Notes: generated by a model not told the origin, from the letters alone. DNA of 64,000 bases from an uncultured bacterium (GCA_938005705.1 CALLML010000048.1:2066-66065); one strand, 5' to 3'; positions 9,121-20,961 are shown, numbered from the stretch's first letter. A program made the numbers and translations.

Positions 9121-10770
9121 TTATTGCACGCCATTGCCGCCGTTTTCTTTGCTGGCGGGCTCCTTCCGGACGCGGTCGGTGCCGTGTTCGAGACTGGAAT
9201 AGAAGTCCTGGCCGCCGGAGGCGTCCTGAATTTTGAAATCCTCGAGATGAAGATGGCCGTCCGCGATAAATATGAGTCGGCATTGGAGCCGCTGTTCCAT
9301 CGCCACCAGTTCGGCCTCGTCCAGCTTGCGCATCCGGTCGAGGATGACGGGATTGACCACCACGCGGACCTCCAGCGTTTCATTGCCCCGCCGATGCCGG
9401 CGCACGACCTCTGCGATGCGGCGCTGGATTTCGACGCTCATGGAAAAGGGGGATTTAACCTTGCCGCGCCCTTCGCAATAGGGACAGTCCATGAAGATAG
9501 ATTCTCGGATGCTTTCCGCCGCCCGCTGCCGAGTCATTTCCAACAGGCCCAAGGGGGAGATCGGCAGCACGTTGGTGCGGGCCTTGTCCCGCCGCAGGCA
9601 CTCTTTCATCTTCCGGTAGACGGTATTCTGATCCCGTCGGGAGTTCATGTCGATGAAATCAATCACGACCAGCCCGCCGACGTTGCGCAACCGCAACTGG
9701 CGGGCGATTTCCTCAGCGGCCTCGAGATTGACCTGCAAGATGGCCTCATCTTGGGTTTTGCCGCCTTTATGGCGGCCTGTGTTGACGTCAATCGCGACCA
9801 TCGCCTCGGTCTCGTCGAAGACGATATAGCCGCCGGACGGCAGCCAGACCTTGCGGCGCAGCGAGTTCTCGAGCTGGTGTTCCACCTGGAAGTATTCGAA
9901 GATCGGCGCATCGCCCTCGTAGAGCTTCAGCATATTGCGCGAGCCTCGCGATAGTCGTGAAATGAGGGCGCGCACGCGTTCATATTCGGCGCGGGAATCA
10001 ATGACGATGCGGTCGATGTCCTCGGTCAGCGCATCGCGTACGACCCGCTCGATCAGATTGGGTTCCTGGTAGAGGCGGCAGGGCGCCGGCAATTCCCGAA
10101 TGCCCGTCTCGATCTGTTTCCAGAGGTCGAGCAAGGCGCGCGTATCGCGGACAAAGGCGGTTCGCCGGGTGCCGAGGCCCGCCGTGCGGACGATCAGGCC
10201 GATATTCGGCGGCAACGGCAGACGCGCGAGAACCTTCTTCAGCCGTTCGCGCTCGGCCTTATCTTCGATCCGGCGGGAAACGCCGCGCAGCGACGTCCCT
10301 GGCAGCATGACGAGATAGCGGCCCGGCACGCTCAGATTCGCGGACACACGTGGTCCCTTCGTGCCGATCGCCCCTTTGGTCACCTGCACCACGATCTCTG
10401 AGCCCACCGGATATCGGCGGGCAACCTCCTTGGCGAGATCGCCTCGTTTTTGCCGGGGGCGGGAGCGTTCGACGCCCTCCTCGATCTCCAGGCGCATCGT
10501 ATCTTCCGGCAGCATGTCCCAGTAGTGGATAAACGCGTTTTTTTTCAGGCCGATATCCACAAACGCCGCCTGGAGACTGTCCTCCAGATTCTGCACCTTG
10601 CCTTTGAAGATGCTGCCGACGATCCGTTCATCGGAGGTGCGTTCGACGAAGAAATCCACCAGTTCACCCTCATCCAGGATGGCGACCCGTGTCTCCAAAC
10701 TTTCGGCGTTGATGATGATCTGGCGTTTGGGTTCCTTTTTCCTTAGCAGTCCTTTCAGCAATCCGAACAC
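9121..10770 (-). CDS. rng: Ribonuclease E/G family (Rne/Rng)
   Basis: S1 domain GSIFKGKV..AAFVDIG, IDVNTG, IARQLRLRNVGGLVVIDFIDM, Zn-link CPYCEGRG. Confidence 0.92.
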   Translation of the reverse strand: MFGLLKGLLRKKEPKRQIIINAESLETRVAILDEGELVDFFVERTSDERIVGSIFKGKVQNLEDSLQAAFVDIGLKKNAFIHYWDMLPEDTMRLEIEEGVERSRPRQKRGDLAKEVARRYPVGSEIVVQVTKGAIGTKGPRVSANLSVPGRYLVMLPGTSLRGVSRRIEDKAERERLKKVLARLPLPPNIGLIVRTAGLGTRRTAFVRDTRALLDLWKQIETGIRELPAPCRLYQEPNLIERVVRDALTEDIDRIVIDSRAEYERVRALISRLSRGSRNMLKLYEGDAPIFEYFQVEHQLENSLRRKVWLPSGGYIVFDETEAMVAIDVNTGRHKGGKTQDEAILQVNLEAAEEIARQLRLRNVGGLVVIDFIDMNSRRDQNTVYRKMKECLRRDKARTNVLPISPLGLLEMTRQRAAESIRESIFMDCPYCEGRGKVKSPFSMSVEIQRRIAEVVRRHRRGNETLEVRVVVNPVILDRMRKLDEAELVAMEQRLQCRLIFIADGHLHLEDFKIQDASGGQDFYSSLEHGTDRVRKEPASKENGGNGVQ

Positions 10771-10791
10771 GGCAGTTTCCTTTCCTTGCGG

Positions 10792-11904
10792 TTATCTTGA
10801 ATAGCGGCGGATAAATACGCTCTGAATTTCCCCGGCGGCCAACGCCGCCGTCATCATGAACGATCCGCCATAACTGATGAAAGGCAGTGGCAAGCCGGTG
10901 ACGGGCATCAGCCCGATTGTCATGGCGATGTTCGTGAATACGTGGAAAAACAGCAGTGTGGTCAGCCCCGTCGCCCATAGCTGTCCGAACTTGTCGCGTG
11001 CCCGCGCGGCCGCCCTCAAGCCGCCCGCGATGACCATCGCGTACAGTCCCAGCATCGCGGCGGACCCCACGAATCCCTTTTCCTCCGCAATGACGGAGAA
11101 AATGAAATCCGTCGGCGCGACCGTGCGCGGGAGGAACCCGAGCACGTTCTGCGTGCCGCGCAAAAACCCTTTGCCCCACAGACCACCCGATCCGACCGCG
11201 ATGCCCGACTGAATACTGTTCCAACCGGCGCCGAGTGGATCATGGGCGGGGTCGAAAAACACGAGCAGGCGGTCCCGCTGATAATCGCCGAGCGCAAACC
11301 AGCCGATCGGCAGCACGAGCGTGGCAGCCAACGCGAGCAGGCCGAGGGTGCGCCACGGTACACCGGCAACGATCAACAGGGCTGCCGTGATCGGGATAAG
11401 CGCAAGCGCGCTGCCGAGGTCAGGTTCCGCCGCAATCAGGAAAAACGGAGGACCCGTAATCAGGGCCGAGACCGCCAAGGTGGAGGGGGCGCGGGGATCC
11501 ACATGGGGAAGCGACAAAAAGCGCGCCAGTGCCAGGATCGTGGCGAGCTTGGCGAACTCCGAAGGTTGCACTCGCTGACCCAAGAGATCGAGCCAGCGCC
11601 GCGCACCGTACACGCGGATGCCGAAGAACAACACCAGAACCAGGGCTGCGAGGCCCGCCGCATACAGCCCGGCCGATTGCGCGCCGATTCTCCGATAGTC
11701 CGCCACCGCCGCGACGACGAACACCATCGCTCCGATCGCGCACCAGACTATCTGCCGGCGATGAAACCCGGCGACGGGCTGATCTTCGCCGCGGTAGCCG
11801 GCGCTGTACACGAACGCGATGCCTATGGCCATCAGTAACAACACGGCAACGACCGACACCAAGTCGAGGCGGCGAAGTAGCTTCCAGAGCAGATCACGAT
11901 TCAT
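10792..11904 (-). CDS. rodA: Rod shape-determining SEDS protein RodA
   Basis: GARRWL, QPSEFAK, EPDLGSA, GSGGLWGKG, TDFIFSVIAEEKGF, PLPFISYGGS. Follows the PBP2 gene. Confidence 0.95.
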   Translation of the reverse strand: MNRDLLWKLLRRLDLVSVVAVLLLMAIGIAFVYSAGYRGEDQPVAGFHRRQIVWCAIGAMVFVVAAVADYRRIGAQSAGLYAAGLAALVLVLFFGIRVYGARRWLDLLGQRVQPSEFAKLATILALARFLSLPHVDPRAPSTLAVSALITGPPFFLIAAEPDLGSALALIPITAALLIVAGVPWRTLGLLALAATLVLPIGWFALGDYQRDRLLVFFDPAHDPLGAGWNSIQSGIAVGSGGLWGKGFLRGTQNVLGFLPRTVAPTDFIFSVIAEEKGFVGSAAMLGLYAMVIAGGLRAAARARDKFGQLWATGLTTLLFFHVFTNIAMTIGLMPVTGLPLPFISYGGSFMMTAALAAGEIQSVFIRRYSR

Positions 11905-13721
11905 CCCGGTCCTCCGGATCCTTCTGCGCTGAAAAAAGCGCCCAGAATTTCCTTCATGATCGGTGCGGCCGTTAGACCACCCGAGATGGCTTCGTCCACT
12001 ACCACGGCAACCGCCACGCGCGGCGTCTCAAAGGGTGCGAAGGCGATGATCCACCCGCGCTTGCGCATGGCGTCTGCCGGTCCATACTGCGCTGTGCCTG
12101 TCTTGGCCGCCGCCTCAACGCCCGGTGTCCGCGCCATTCGAGCCGTCCCGTCATCCGACATGACCGCCTGCCGCATGCCCTCTCGGATCGGCGCCAACCA
12201 TGCCGGCGCCCAACCAAGATCGCGGGCGTGGGGAATAGGCGCGGCGTCGAACTCGTCTTTCCCGTATTCGCGCGTTGCGCGCAGCAATCGCGGCCTCAGC
12301 CACAGCCCGCCGTTCGCCAGCGCCGCCGCCACGACCGCCATCTGCAAAGGCGTCGCCGTCAGTGCCCCCTGCCCGATGGCGAGGTTGCAGGTGTCGCCGC
12401 CGGTCCAGCTCTCGCGGCGCGCGCGTTGTTTCCATGCGGGGTTTGGCAAAAAACCGGCCGACTCGAAATCGGCATCAATCCCCGTGGGTCGGCCTAATCC
12501 CAGCGCTTCGGCCTCCCGAAGAACAGGATCGGGGCCCAGCTGAAGGGCGGTTCGATAAAAATACACATTGCATGAGTATCGGATCGCCGCCGCGAGATCG
12601 AGGGCCCCATGTCCCGCGCGTTCCCAACAGTGGAAAGGACGATTGCCGACGGTCAGCGAACCCTCGCAAACCCAACGAGCGAGCGGGGAGACGCCGGCGC
12701 GCAAAGCGGCAACAGCGACGACCGGTTTGAACGTGCTGCCCGGCGGGTAAGCTCCGGCGAAGGCGCGGTTGAATAGGGGGCGTCCCGAGTCTTCGGACAG
12801 CGTTTGCCACAATGCGGACGGCAGCATCGGAACAAAGGCGTTAGGATCGAACGCGGGCGCACTGACAGCCGCGAGGACGTCACCTGTGACTGGGTCGAGC
12901 ACCACCGCCGCGCCATGTTTTCCCTCGAAGATCTTTGCGATTCGGCGTTGAAGATCGAGGTCGAGTGTCAACATCACCTCGCGGCCCGGATGGGGGGCAC
13001 GCCCGCCGAGATCGCCGCGCCGGAAACCGGATGCGTCTACCCGGACCAATCGGCCGCCTGGTGCGCCGCGCAGATACTCGTCGTAACGCCGTTCGATGCC
13101 CGCGCGCCCGACGAACTCGGGCAGGGCGTAATGGAACGGCTCTTCCGCATCGAGCTCGACTTCGGCCCGTCCTACATAGCCGATGAGATGGGCCGTCGCT
13201 GCGCCGGCGGGATACACCCGCACGGGTTGTACCTGCAGATCGACGCCCGGTAGGTCGGCGGCACGCTCGGCCCAGCGCGCGCGCGCCGCTTCGTCCAAAT
13301 CACGGCGAAGGGTCAGCGGCAGCGGTAACCGACGTTTCACATGGTTGCGCACGTCTTCCTCATTTGGCTCTCTGCTCAGACCTACGCGCCGTTCGACTTC
13401 GCTGATGGTCCCCTCGATATGCGCCAGCGTATGGATCCAAGCTCCAGGCCGCCGCAGTTCCTCGATATAGAGCACAAGATCGTAGCTGGGGCGATTATCA
13501 GCGAGCAGCCGACCCCGCCGGTCAAAGATGCGGCCTCGAAGCGCCGGAACGCGGATGCGTCGAATGCTTTGGCGCTCGAGACTTTGACGGTACCGTTCAC
13601 CGCGGGCGACCTGGATGTGCCACAGACGACCCAGCAGCGCCAGGAAGCCGAGCGCCATCACGGCGCCAACCACGCCGAGCCGTCTCATCTCCCGTTCCGT
13701 CGCTAGGTATCGTTCTGCCAT
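11901..13721 (-). CDS. mrdA: Penicillin-binding protein 2
   Basis: N-terminal TM, RGRIFDRRG, SxxK (PGSTFKP), SxN (SCNVYFY), KTG (AKTGTAQ). Confidence 0.95.
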   Translation of the reverse strand: MAERYLATEREMRRLGVVGAVMALGFLALLGRLWHIQVARGERYRQSLERQSIRRIRVPALRGRIFDRRGRLLADNRPSYDLVLYIEELRRPGAWIHTLAHIEGTISEVERRVGLSREPNEEDVRNHVKRRLPLPLTLRRDLDEAARARWAERAADLPGVDLQVQPVRVYPAGAATAHLIGYVGRAEVELDAEEPFHYALPEFVGRAGIERRYDEYLRGAPGGRLVRVDASGFRRGDLGGRAPHPGREVMLTLDLDLQRRIAKIFEGKHGAAVVLDPVTGDVLAAVSAPAFDPNAFVPMLPSALWQTLSEDSGRPLFNRAFAGAYPPGSTFKPVVAVAALRAGVSPLARWVCEGSLTVGNRPFHCWERAGHGALDLAAAIRYSCNVYFYRTALQLGPDPVLREAEALGLGRPTGIDADFESAGFLPNPAWKQRARRESWTGGDTCNLAIGQGALTATPLQMAVVAAALANGGLWLRPRLLRATREYGKDEFDAAPIPHARDLGWAPAWLAPIREGMRQAVMSDDGTARMARTPGVEAAAKTGTAQYGPADAMRKRGWIIAFAPFETPRVAVAVVVDEAISGGLTAAPIMKEILGAFFSAEGSGGPG

Positions 13722-13737
13722 GTTGTGGATGGTTTTT

Positions 13738-14241
13738 CTAACGTCTATCTGCTGGAATCAAGCCGAGGGCCTCATCCAGCCGCTCGGCCACGCGGATAGC
13801 CAGCGGGGCGGTCAGCGCCCCCATTACGGCCACGCCAAGAACACGGATTATTCCTTGCCCCGCCGAGAGTCGTACCCAGCCCGCGAGTGCCAGCAACATC
13901 CAGAGTGCGAGCGTCACGCCCGCCCCTGTCAAGGCCCCCAACGTCGCTTGTGTGACCGATGCGGAACGAAAGAGATCAGCGCGAAAGCGGCCGACCATCA
14001 GCATCGCCCCCCCAAACACGAACGACGAAACTCCCAATGGCGTTCGTCCCAGGGCATCCTGCAAGAGACCTGCGAGAATCGCCGCAAACAGGGCGAAACC
14101 GCGATCGCGCGTCAACGAGTAATGGAGCGCGATCGCCAGCAATAGAGGGGCGCGCATGCCGCCCAGCCACGGCGCCGTTGGCATGACCGCCTGTAATGCG
14201 CCCGCCGCAGCGAGCTTTAGCAGCAAGGCCAGCCCCTTCAT
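13738..14241 (-). CDS. mreD: Rod shape-determining protein MreD
   Basis: Hydrophobic 167 aa with GLLQDAL motif, located between mreC and mrdA. Confidence 0.85.
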   Translation of the reverse strand: MKGLALLLKLAAAGALQAVMPTAPWLGGMRAPLLLAIALHYSLTRDRGFALFAAILAGLLQDALGRTPLGVSSFVFGGAMLMVGRFRADLFRSASVTQATLGALTGAGVTLALWMLLALAGWVRLSAGQGIIRVLGVAVMGALTAPLAIRVAERLDEALGLIPADRR

Positions 14242-15077
14242 GGTGCTCCTTTCCCCCGAGGGACGTCCGCCGAGGCCATGACGACAAAGACATAGCGCAG
14301 ACGGCCCAGATCAGCGTGGGGCAGCACGTCGGCGGTGCGATACAGACCTTGCTCGTCGGTCTGGACCCGCTCAATATAGCCGATTGGCAGCCCCGCTGGA
14401 TAGACCCCGCCGAGACCGGACGTGACCGCTTCGTCTCCGGGACGAATCTCGAGGTGGCGGTGAATGAAATCGAGTCGGCAGCGTGCCAGGCCGTCAGGAC
14501 GCACGCCCAAACCGACGAGCACCCCGTCGGCCTCGGCGCGCGGCAGTCGCGCCGCTACGCGGCAATTCGGATCCGAAATCAGGAGTACATCGGCCGTGCG
14601 CGCTGACGTTTCGACCACGCGACCGACGAGGCCTTCTGTTGTGATCACGGCCAGGTCGGGCCGAACTCCGTCGCGGGCGCCGCGATCAATCCGCACCGAC
14701 TGCCACCAGCCGGCCGCATCGCGGGCGATGACTCGCGCGGCCAGCAGTGGGCGCTCGGCCGCACGCTGAAATCCGAGCAATGCTCGGAGCGTCTCGTTCT
14801 CAGCCTCCAGGGAACTTAATTCCCTCAGCTGACGCCGAAGGTGGGTGACTTCCTCGGCCAGGCGACGGTTTTCCGCCGCATGGCCGCCCAAACCACGTAG
14901 GACATCCACTGCTTCCCGCAGCCTCAATCCCAGTCCTGACACCGCCCCATACAGGGGCGCCAATGCCTCTCGCAGCACTCCGCGAAGCTCCCGGGAGGCG
15001 GTGACCGGCAGGTTCAGGAGCAGCAGAACGGCCACTGCCAGCGCCGTCCAGAGCAAAAATCCGTTTGATCTCGACAT
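14238..15077 (-). CDS. mreC: Rod shape-determining protein MreC
   Basis: TM, coiled coil (ENETLRALL), GLVGRV, VTSGLGGVYPAGLPIG. Confidence 0.93.
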   Translation of the reverse strand: MSRSNGFLLWTALAVAVLLLLNLPVTASRELRGVLREALAPLYGAVSGLGLRLREAVDVLRGLGGHAAENRRLAEEVTHLRRQLRELSSLEAENETLRALLGFQRAAERPLLAARVIARDAAGWWQSVRIDRGARDGVRPDLAVITTEGLVGRVVETSARTADVLLISDPNCRVAARLPRAEADGVLVGLGVRPDGLARCRLDFIHRHLEIRPGDEAVTSGLGGVYPAGLPIGYIERVQTDEQGLYRTADVLPHADLGRLRYVFVVMASADVPRGKGAP

Positions 15078-15164
15078 GAAACTGCCATCCGTCCGCAGGG
15101 CGAGGGAGGGCGGCCCCGTTTGTTCTGACGAACGGACAAACCGGGCCGATCGAAACGGATGGAA

Positions 15165-16286
<1,122 letters not shown>

Positions 16287-16387
16287 TCAGGGAATCGCGC
16301 GATCATCCGAAATCGAGAAGAATTGGATTTCCAAGGTGTTTCCGGTAATCTTCCAACGCGGCGATCATCTGGGAGAGTAAAAGCATC

Positions 16388-17602
16388 ATGAGTGCACCGA
16401 TCATTCGAGATGTGCGGGTGATTCTGACCTCGCCCGGCGAAAGCCATATTCAAAAGCGGTTGATTGTGGTCAAAGTCGAAACAACGGAGCCGGATCTTTA
16501 CGGCTTGGGTTGCGCGACGTTCACCCAACGCCCGCTGTCCGTTCGTTCTGCGATTGAAAATTACCTCCGCCCATTGTTGCGAGGGCGCGACCCCCAGCGC
16601 ATTGAAGATCTCTGGCACCTGATGCATGTGAACGCCTACTGGCGCTCCGGCCCCGTCCTGAACAATGCAATTTCCGGTGTGGACATGGCGCTCTGGGATA
16701 TCAAGGGCAAAATCGCCGGCCTGCCAGTGTATCAATTGCTCGGCGGCAAATGCCGGGAGGGCGTCGCCATCTATCGTCACGCCGGCGGACGCGACGAGGC
16801 CGAGGTAGTGGACCGGGTTCGCACCTTCCTGAAAGAAGGCGTGCGCCATGTGCGCGCCCAGATAGGAGGCTATGGGGGACACGTCGAGCCGGCGCCCGCC
16901 ATCGCTGCCTCCTTCCCCGGCGCCTATTACGATCCTGCCGTATACGCCCAACAAACGCTTGCTTTGTTCGATCGATTGCGAGAAGAATTCGGGGGCGAGC
17001 TCGAATTGCTGCACGACGTCCACGAGCGATTGCCACCGGCCGATGCTGTGCGTTTTGCGGTGGAGATGGAACGCTTCCATCTCTTTTTTCTCGAAGATTT
17101 ATTCCCGCCCGAACAATGGGCGTGGTTTGCTCGCGCGCGAAACCTCTGCGCCACGCCCCTCGCCATGGGCGAGCTCTTCACGCATCCATCGGAATGGATG
17201 CCCCTCATCGAGGGCCGGCTGATTGATTTCATCCGTTGCCACGTCAGCGCCATCGGTGGCCTCACCCCGGCGCGCAAACTCGCTTCCGTTTGCGAGGCCT
17301 TTGGCCTTCGCACCGCCTGGCACGGACCAGGTGATGTCTCGCCCGTTGGCCACGCCGCCAACGTCCATCTCGACCTGGCGACGCGCAATTTCGGTGTGCA
17401 GGAATGGTCGGGCTTTTCGGACGTAGAGCGCGAAATGTTCCCTGGTTGCCCAGAAACGCGCGGCGGCTTTGTGTTCGCAAATGACCGCCCGGGGCTGGGT
17501 ATCGACCTCAATGAGGAACTGGCGCGAAAATACCCCTGTCCGGAAGGCGTGCTCGTTTGGACTCAGGCGCGCACCCCCGACGGCGCCGGTGCCTATCCCT
17601 AG
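16388..17602 (+). CDS. Enolase-superfamily sugar-acid dehydratase, RspA/ManD (D-mannonate dehydratase) subgroup
   Basis: AYWRSGPVLNNAISGVDMALWDIKGK, metal ligands in LLHDVHER, FFLED, MGE, and WHGPGD, VQE. Confidence 0.88.
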   Translation: MSAPIIRDVRVILTSPGESHIQKRLIVVKVETTEPDLYGLGCATFTQRPLSVRSAIENYLRPLLRGRDPQRIEDLWHLMHVNAYWRSGPVLNNAISGVDMALWDIKGKIAGLPVYQLLGGKCREGVAIYRHAGGRDEAEVVDRVRTFLKEGVRHVRAQIGGYGGHVEPAPAIAASFPGAYYDPAVYAQQTLALFDRLREEFGGELELLHDVHERLPPADAVRFAVEMERFHLFFLEDLFPPEQWAWFARARNLCATPLAMGELFTHPSEWMPLIEGRLIDFIRCHVSAIGGLTPARKLASVCEAFGLRTAWHGPGDVSPVGHAANVHLDLATRNFGVQEWSGFSDVEREMFPGCPETRGGFVFANDRPGLGIDLNEELARKYPCPEGVLVWTQARTPDGAGAYP

Positions 17603-17736
17603 GAGGCTCAGCGCACGGGAGGGTTTGAATGATCAACAGACCCCCGAGCCCTGCTGACGGTGAAGGTCGCCGGACTACCCAGCTAGGGAGAAATGGCCGC
17701 TCAGGCTGGGATTTGCCAAAAGTACACTTTGTGATA

Positions 17737-17840
17737 TCCTATTCTCTCGAAATTGTCTTTACATGCTCGTTCCCTGCTACGGCCGAAGAGGCTGCGACGC
17801 CGTAAACGAGTATGTCAGGACAATTATGAGACGACTAGTA
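17737..17840 (+). repeat. Repeat family A copy 2 (internally deleted)
   Basis: ATTGTCTTTACATGCTCGTT ... AAACGAGTATGTCAGGACAATTATGAGACGACTAGTA. Ends are intact and the REP-like core is shortened. Confidence 0.85.
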
Positions 17841-17879
17841 CGATGACCCCATCCGAAGTCTCTGGAGTGATCCCATCCC

Positions 17880-20459
17880 ATGAACAAGCATCATAGTAAG
17901 CCATCTGTCTCTGTACCCCAAGAACTACCGCAGGTCCCCGTGCCGGAGGGCTATCGTCTGCATGATTTGCAGCTTGAGATGTCGTTGAAACCGTTCTATG
18001 ACGCGACGCCGGAAACCCGCCGAAAGGTTTGTGAAGAGATCTTTCGCCAGTGGTTGCCGATCGCGCGGCACAGCGAGACGGTTTCCATCCTTCTCTGGAC
18101 CGCAGACGGTTCGGAGATTCTGGAATATGACGGAAAAATGGATCGACCGTTCGAGTGGGCGCGGTATCAGGGCAGCGCAAACGCCCACGAATGGAAGCTG
18201 CCCCGCAAAGGCAGCGCCGGCCATGAGGATCACAATGCGATCGGCGTTCATGTCTGGGATCCCGCTCACGATCCGCAGGGAGTGGGGTTGCACCGTCGGC
18301 CCTACCTCTATCGAGAACCGCCTGCAGAGTTCACGTTTTTGTGGTTGCGGGACCTTGTGCGCGACTTGAAACGCATCGGTAGACGCATAACAGGACGCCG
18401 TGTGCTGGTGGGTGATGCCTTCGACATCGGCCCTGAGTTCGCCGTTTCGCGTTTCAAGTATCAATGGCATCCCGAAATCCTTGCCGGCGCCGAGAGCCTC
18501 TTCAAAGGCCAGTTCATTCGATGCGACGCCATCTTGCACGGCGACGACCGTCCCTACGCCGCCTTCCCTCACGGCATCCCCGAAGGCACGCCGTTTGCCG
18601 TTTTTCTCGGCCGCCAGCTTCATCGGTTCTTCCGCGACATAGGTTTTGACTTTGTCTGGTTTTCCAATGGCTTCGGTTTCGCGGTGGAACCGTGGGCCCT
18701 GATCGGAATGCTGTTTGACGGTTCGCGTTTCTATCCAGAAAAAGCGGCGGAAGCGGGCAACCAGATCCGCGAATTTTGGCGATTGTTTCGCGCCGTTTTC
18801 CCGTCGCGATACCCGGTGCGTACGCGCGGCACGAATCTCTGCACGGGCATTGATCTGGGGTCGGACGCGTCGCCGCTGCGCGATATCTATCGGCCCGAAT
18901 TGAACGTGGATGCGCCGGTCAATTCCCCGTGGGCCGCGCTGGACGGCGACTTCGGCCTCGAGCTTGCCGGGTGGATGTCTCATATCGTCGGTCACCCCGG
19001 AGACCGTTTCCGTTTTCGTTTTTACGTCCATGATCCCTGGTGGAAAAACAGCCCGTGGCTCGATCGTTTTGAACGTAACCCCCAGGACCTTTATCTGCCC
19101 GCCTCCGTGAGTCGCCTGGGTGCCGACGGCCGTGTCACCATCGCCCGTGACGTCGCCTTGTTAACGATTGACGACTCGGACGGCCGTCTGCCGCTTTCGG
19201 CGAACGCCGAGGTTGTTGCTCATTTTCTACACGCGCGCGAATGCGCGCCGGACGACGCCGGCCCGATGATATGGGCGTATCCGTTTGACGATTTTCATGA
19301 TAGGGTCGAAAAGTTCGGTCGCCCGGATATCCCCTTCCATGCCGATTTCTTCGTGTCGGCGCTGATCAACGAGGGCGTGCCGCTCAACACCGTGGTGGAT
19401 CTTCGGCTCTTGCCCGCCGCATTGCGCGCGCGGCCATCCTTGCGGGAGGGTCGCGTGTTCTTCAGTCCCGTGCCCCTTCCGGGTTCGGATTCGGAACGGG
19501 TGTTGAATGATCTGTGGCGGGAGGGCGTAACGCTGTTCTTGTATGGACCCTTGCCGGCAGCTTCTGTCTTCTTTGGGCCGCTCGGGTTGCGGGAGGCCGC
19601 GCCGCTGGAGGGCGACTTCGATCTTGAACTCCGACATGTGCCGCCCGGCGAGCAGATGGAAGCGTGGGGGTGGAAAATGCGCCATACCGCGATGCTTTCC
19701 GGCGGCGGCTTTTCAGAGGCGCCGGTGGATAACGGTCCATCGGGCGTCGAATACTTGGCCTTGGCCCGAAGGGCGGAGGGCGTACGCGTGGCATGCGCGA
19801 GGAACGGACAGTTGTTCTGGACCCGCGGTTCGTTGACGACCGCCGAATACAATCCGGACGATCCGCAGCCGCTGCGGGGCCCGATCCTCCATACGCTGAA
19901 CCCGCAAGAATTTGTGCCGGCGGGACGCCTCACGCGTTTTGCGCTCGACAAGCTCGATTGGCGCGTGGCGGTGGCGGACGTCGCCTCCGAACCGCGCGCG
20001 CCGTGTCTGACGATTCACCGCCACCGGAATGCGTTTCACTATTCCGGATTTCATCCCGATGAGAATTCGCGGATGCTCTTGCGGCACCCGCTCGGCGCAC
20101 CGCTGTTGACGTACCGCCGTCTGCGGGTGATCGGCGGGGCATCAGAAGTGACGGGCATTCGGGCCTGGACGAATGAGTGTCGCGTGTTTTTGGCCTCGGG
20201 GGACGACGGTATTCACCGCGCGCGTTATTTGCCGCCGGTCGGTTACGGCGTTTACCGCCGTCTCCTCATTTCCGGCTGTCGCCATGCCGTGCTTAAGTTT
20301 ATGGTGGACCCCGGGTCTGACCGTCCAATCCGTATTTTGCGTCGGCCGATTTTTCCCTATCTCGTGGGCGATTTCGTCGAGCCGTGTGTGGAATCCACGC
20401 CGTGGGGGCCAGTCATTACCGTGGAAAACGTCGAGGGTACCCTCCTCTTGGAATGGTGA
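17880..20459 (+). CDS. Uncharacterised 859-aa soluble protein (possibly glycoside-hydrolase-like)
   Basis: Long ORF with aromatic/acidic blocks (FDIGPEF, FSNGFGF, RFYVHDPWWKNSPWLDR). No signal peptide and no recognisable family. Confidence 0.7.
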   Translation: MNKHHSKPSVSVPQELPQVPVPEGYRLHDLQLEMSLKPFYDATPETRRKVCEEIFRQWLPIARHSETVSILLWTADGSEILEYDGKMDRPFEWARYQGSANAHEWKLPRKGSAGHEDHNAIGVHVWDPAHDPQGVGLHRRPYLYREPPAEFTFLWLRDLVRDLKRIGRRITGRRVLVGDAFDIGPEFAVSRFKYQWHPEILAGAESLFKGQFIRCDAILHGDDRPYAAFPHGIPEGTPFAVFLGRQLHRFFRDIGFDFVWFSNGFGFAVEPWALIGMLFDGSRFYPEKAAEAGNQIREFWRLFRAVFPSRYPVRTRGTNLCTGIDLGSDASPLRDIYRPELNVDAPVNSPWAALDGDFGLELAGWMSHIVGHPGDRFRFRFYVHDPWWKNSPWLDRFERNPQDLYLPASVSRLGADGRVTIARDVALLTIDDSDGRLPLSANAEVVAHFLHARECAPDDAGPMIWAYPFDDFHDRVEKFGRPDIPFHADFFVSALINEGVPLNTVVDLRLLPAALRARPSLREGRVFFSPVPLPGSDSERVLNDLWREGVTLFLYGPLPAASVFFGPLGLREAAPLEGDFDLELRHVPPGEQMEAWGWKMRHTAMLSGGGFSEAPVDNGPSGVEYLALARRAEGVRVACARNGQLFWTRGSLTTAEYNPDDPQPLRGPILHTLNPQEFVPAGRLTRFALDKLDWRVAVADVASEPRAPCLTIHRHRNAFHYSGFHPDENSRMLLRHPLGAPLLTYRRLRVIGGASEVTGIRAWTNECRVFLASGDDGIHRARYLPPVGYGVYRRLLISGCRHAVLKFMVDPGSDRPIRILRRPIFPYLVGDFVEPCVESTPWGPVITVENVEGTLLLEW

Positions 20460-20599
20460 TGGGAGAAGGCCTGCGATAGGAATATTCGGATTTTCATGCC
20501 GGGCGCTACCGGCCCATGCCGGGCGGAAGATCGCCTCACCAAGGCGGGTCATCCCCAAATCCATAGGAAGGCGCGACCCACTGCGATCACGTTCTGTGT

Positions 20600-20747
20600 T
20601 GCCAATGTTCTGGATATTGTCTTTACATGCTCGTTCCCCGTCGCGTGAGCCAGCTCGCACCCCGCGTCCGAAGCATGAAGGGCCCCCGTTGGCTGAGGCT
20701 GCGATGTCTTGACTGAGCGTGTTAGGACAATAATGAGACGACCAGTA
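20600..20747 (+). repeat. Repeat family A copy 3
   Basis: ATTGTCTTTACATGCTCGTT...GTCCGAAGCATGAAGGGCC...GGACAATAATGAGACGACCAGTA, colinear with copy 1. Confidence 0.85.
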
Positions 20748-20818
20748 TATATCAGTCAGCTCGCCTCGTATGAGCCTCCGCGAACATAACGTCCGGTGCG
20801 TCCCTCATGTTTTTCAAC

Positions 20819-20864
20819 TTCCAAGCCTTGGAAAACAAGGCCGGTATTTTTCCGGGCCTTGGAC
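20819..20864. repeat. Repeat family B: two TTCCAAnnnTTGGAA-type palindromes
   Basis: TTCCAAGCCTTGGAA at 20819 and degenerate TTCCGGGCCTTGGAC at 20850 (31-bp spacing). Confidence 0.7.
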
Positions 20865-20961
20865 AATGAATGAATCAATCGGATGTACACCCTGCCATCC
20901 GGCCACCGGCGTTGGTTTACCTTTTCCCAACTCTGTCCGATGGTCGTAAAAGGCTTAAGGT

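Noticed and set aside
16329-16355. TTCCAAGG half-sites upstream of mreB/manD
   Set aside because: Not full palindromes and not 32-bp phased.
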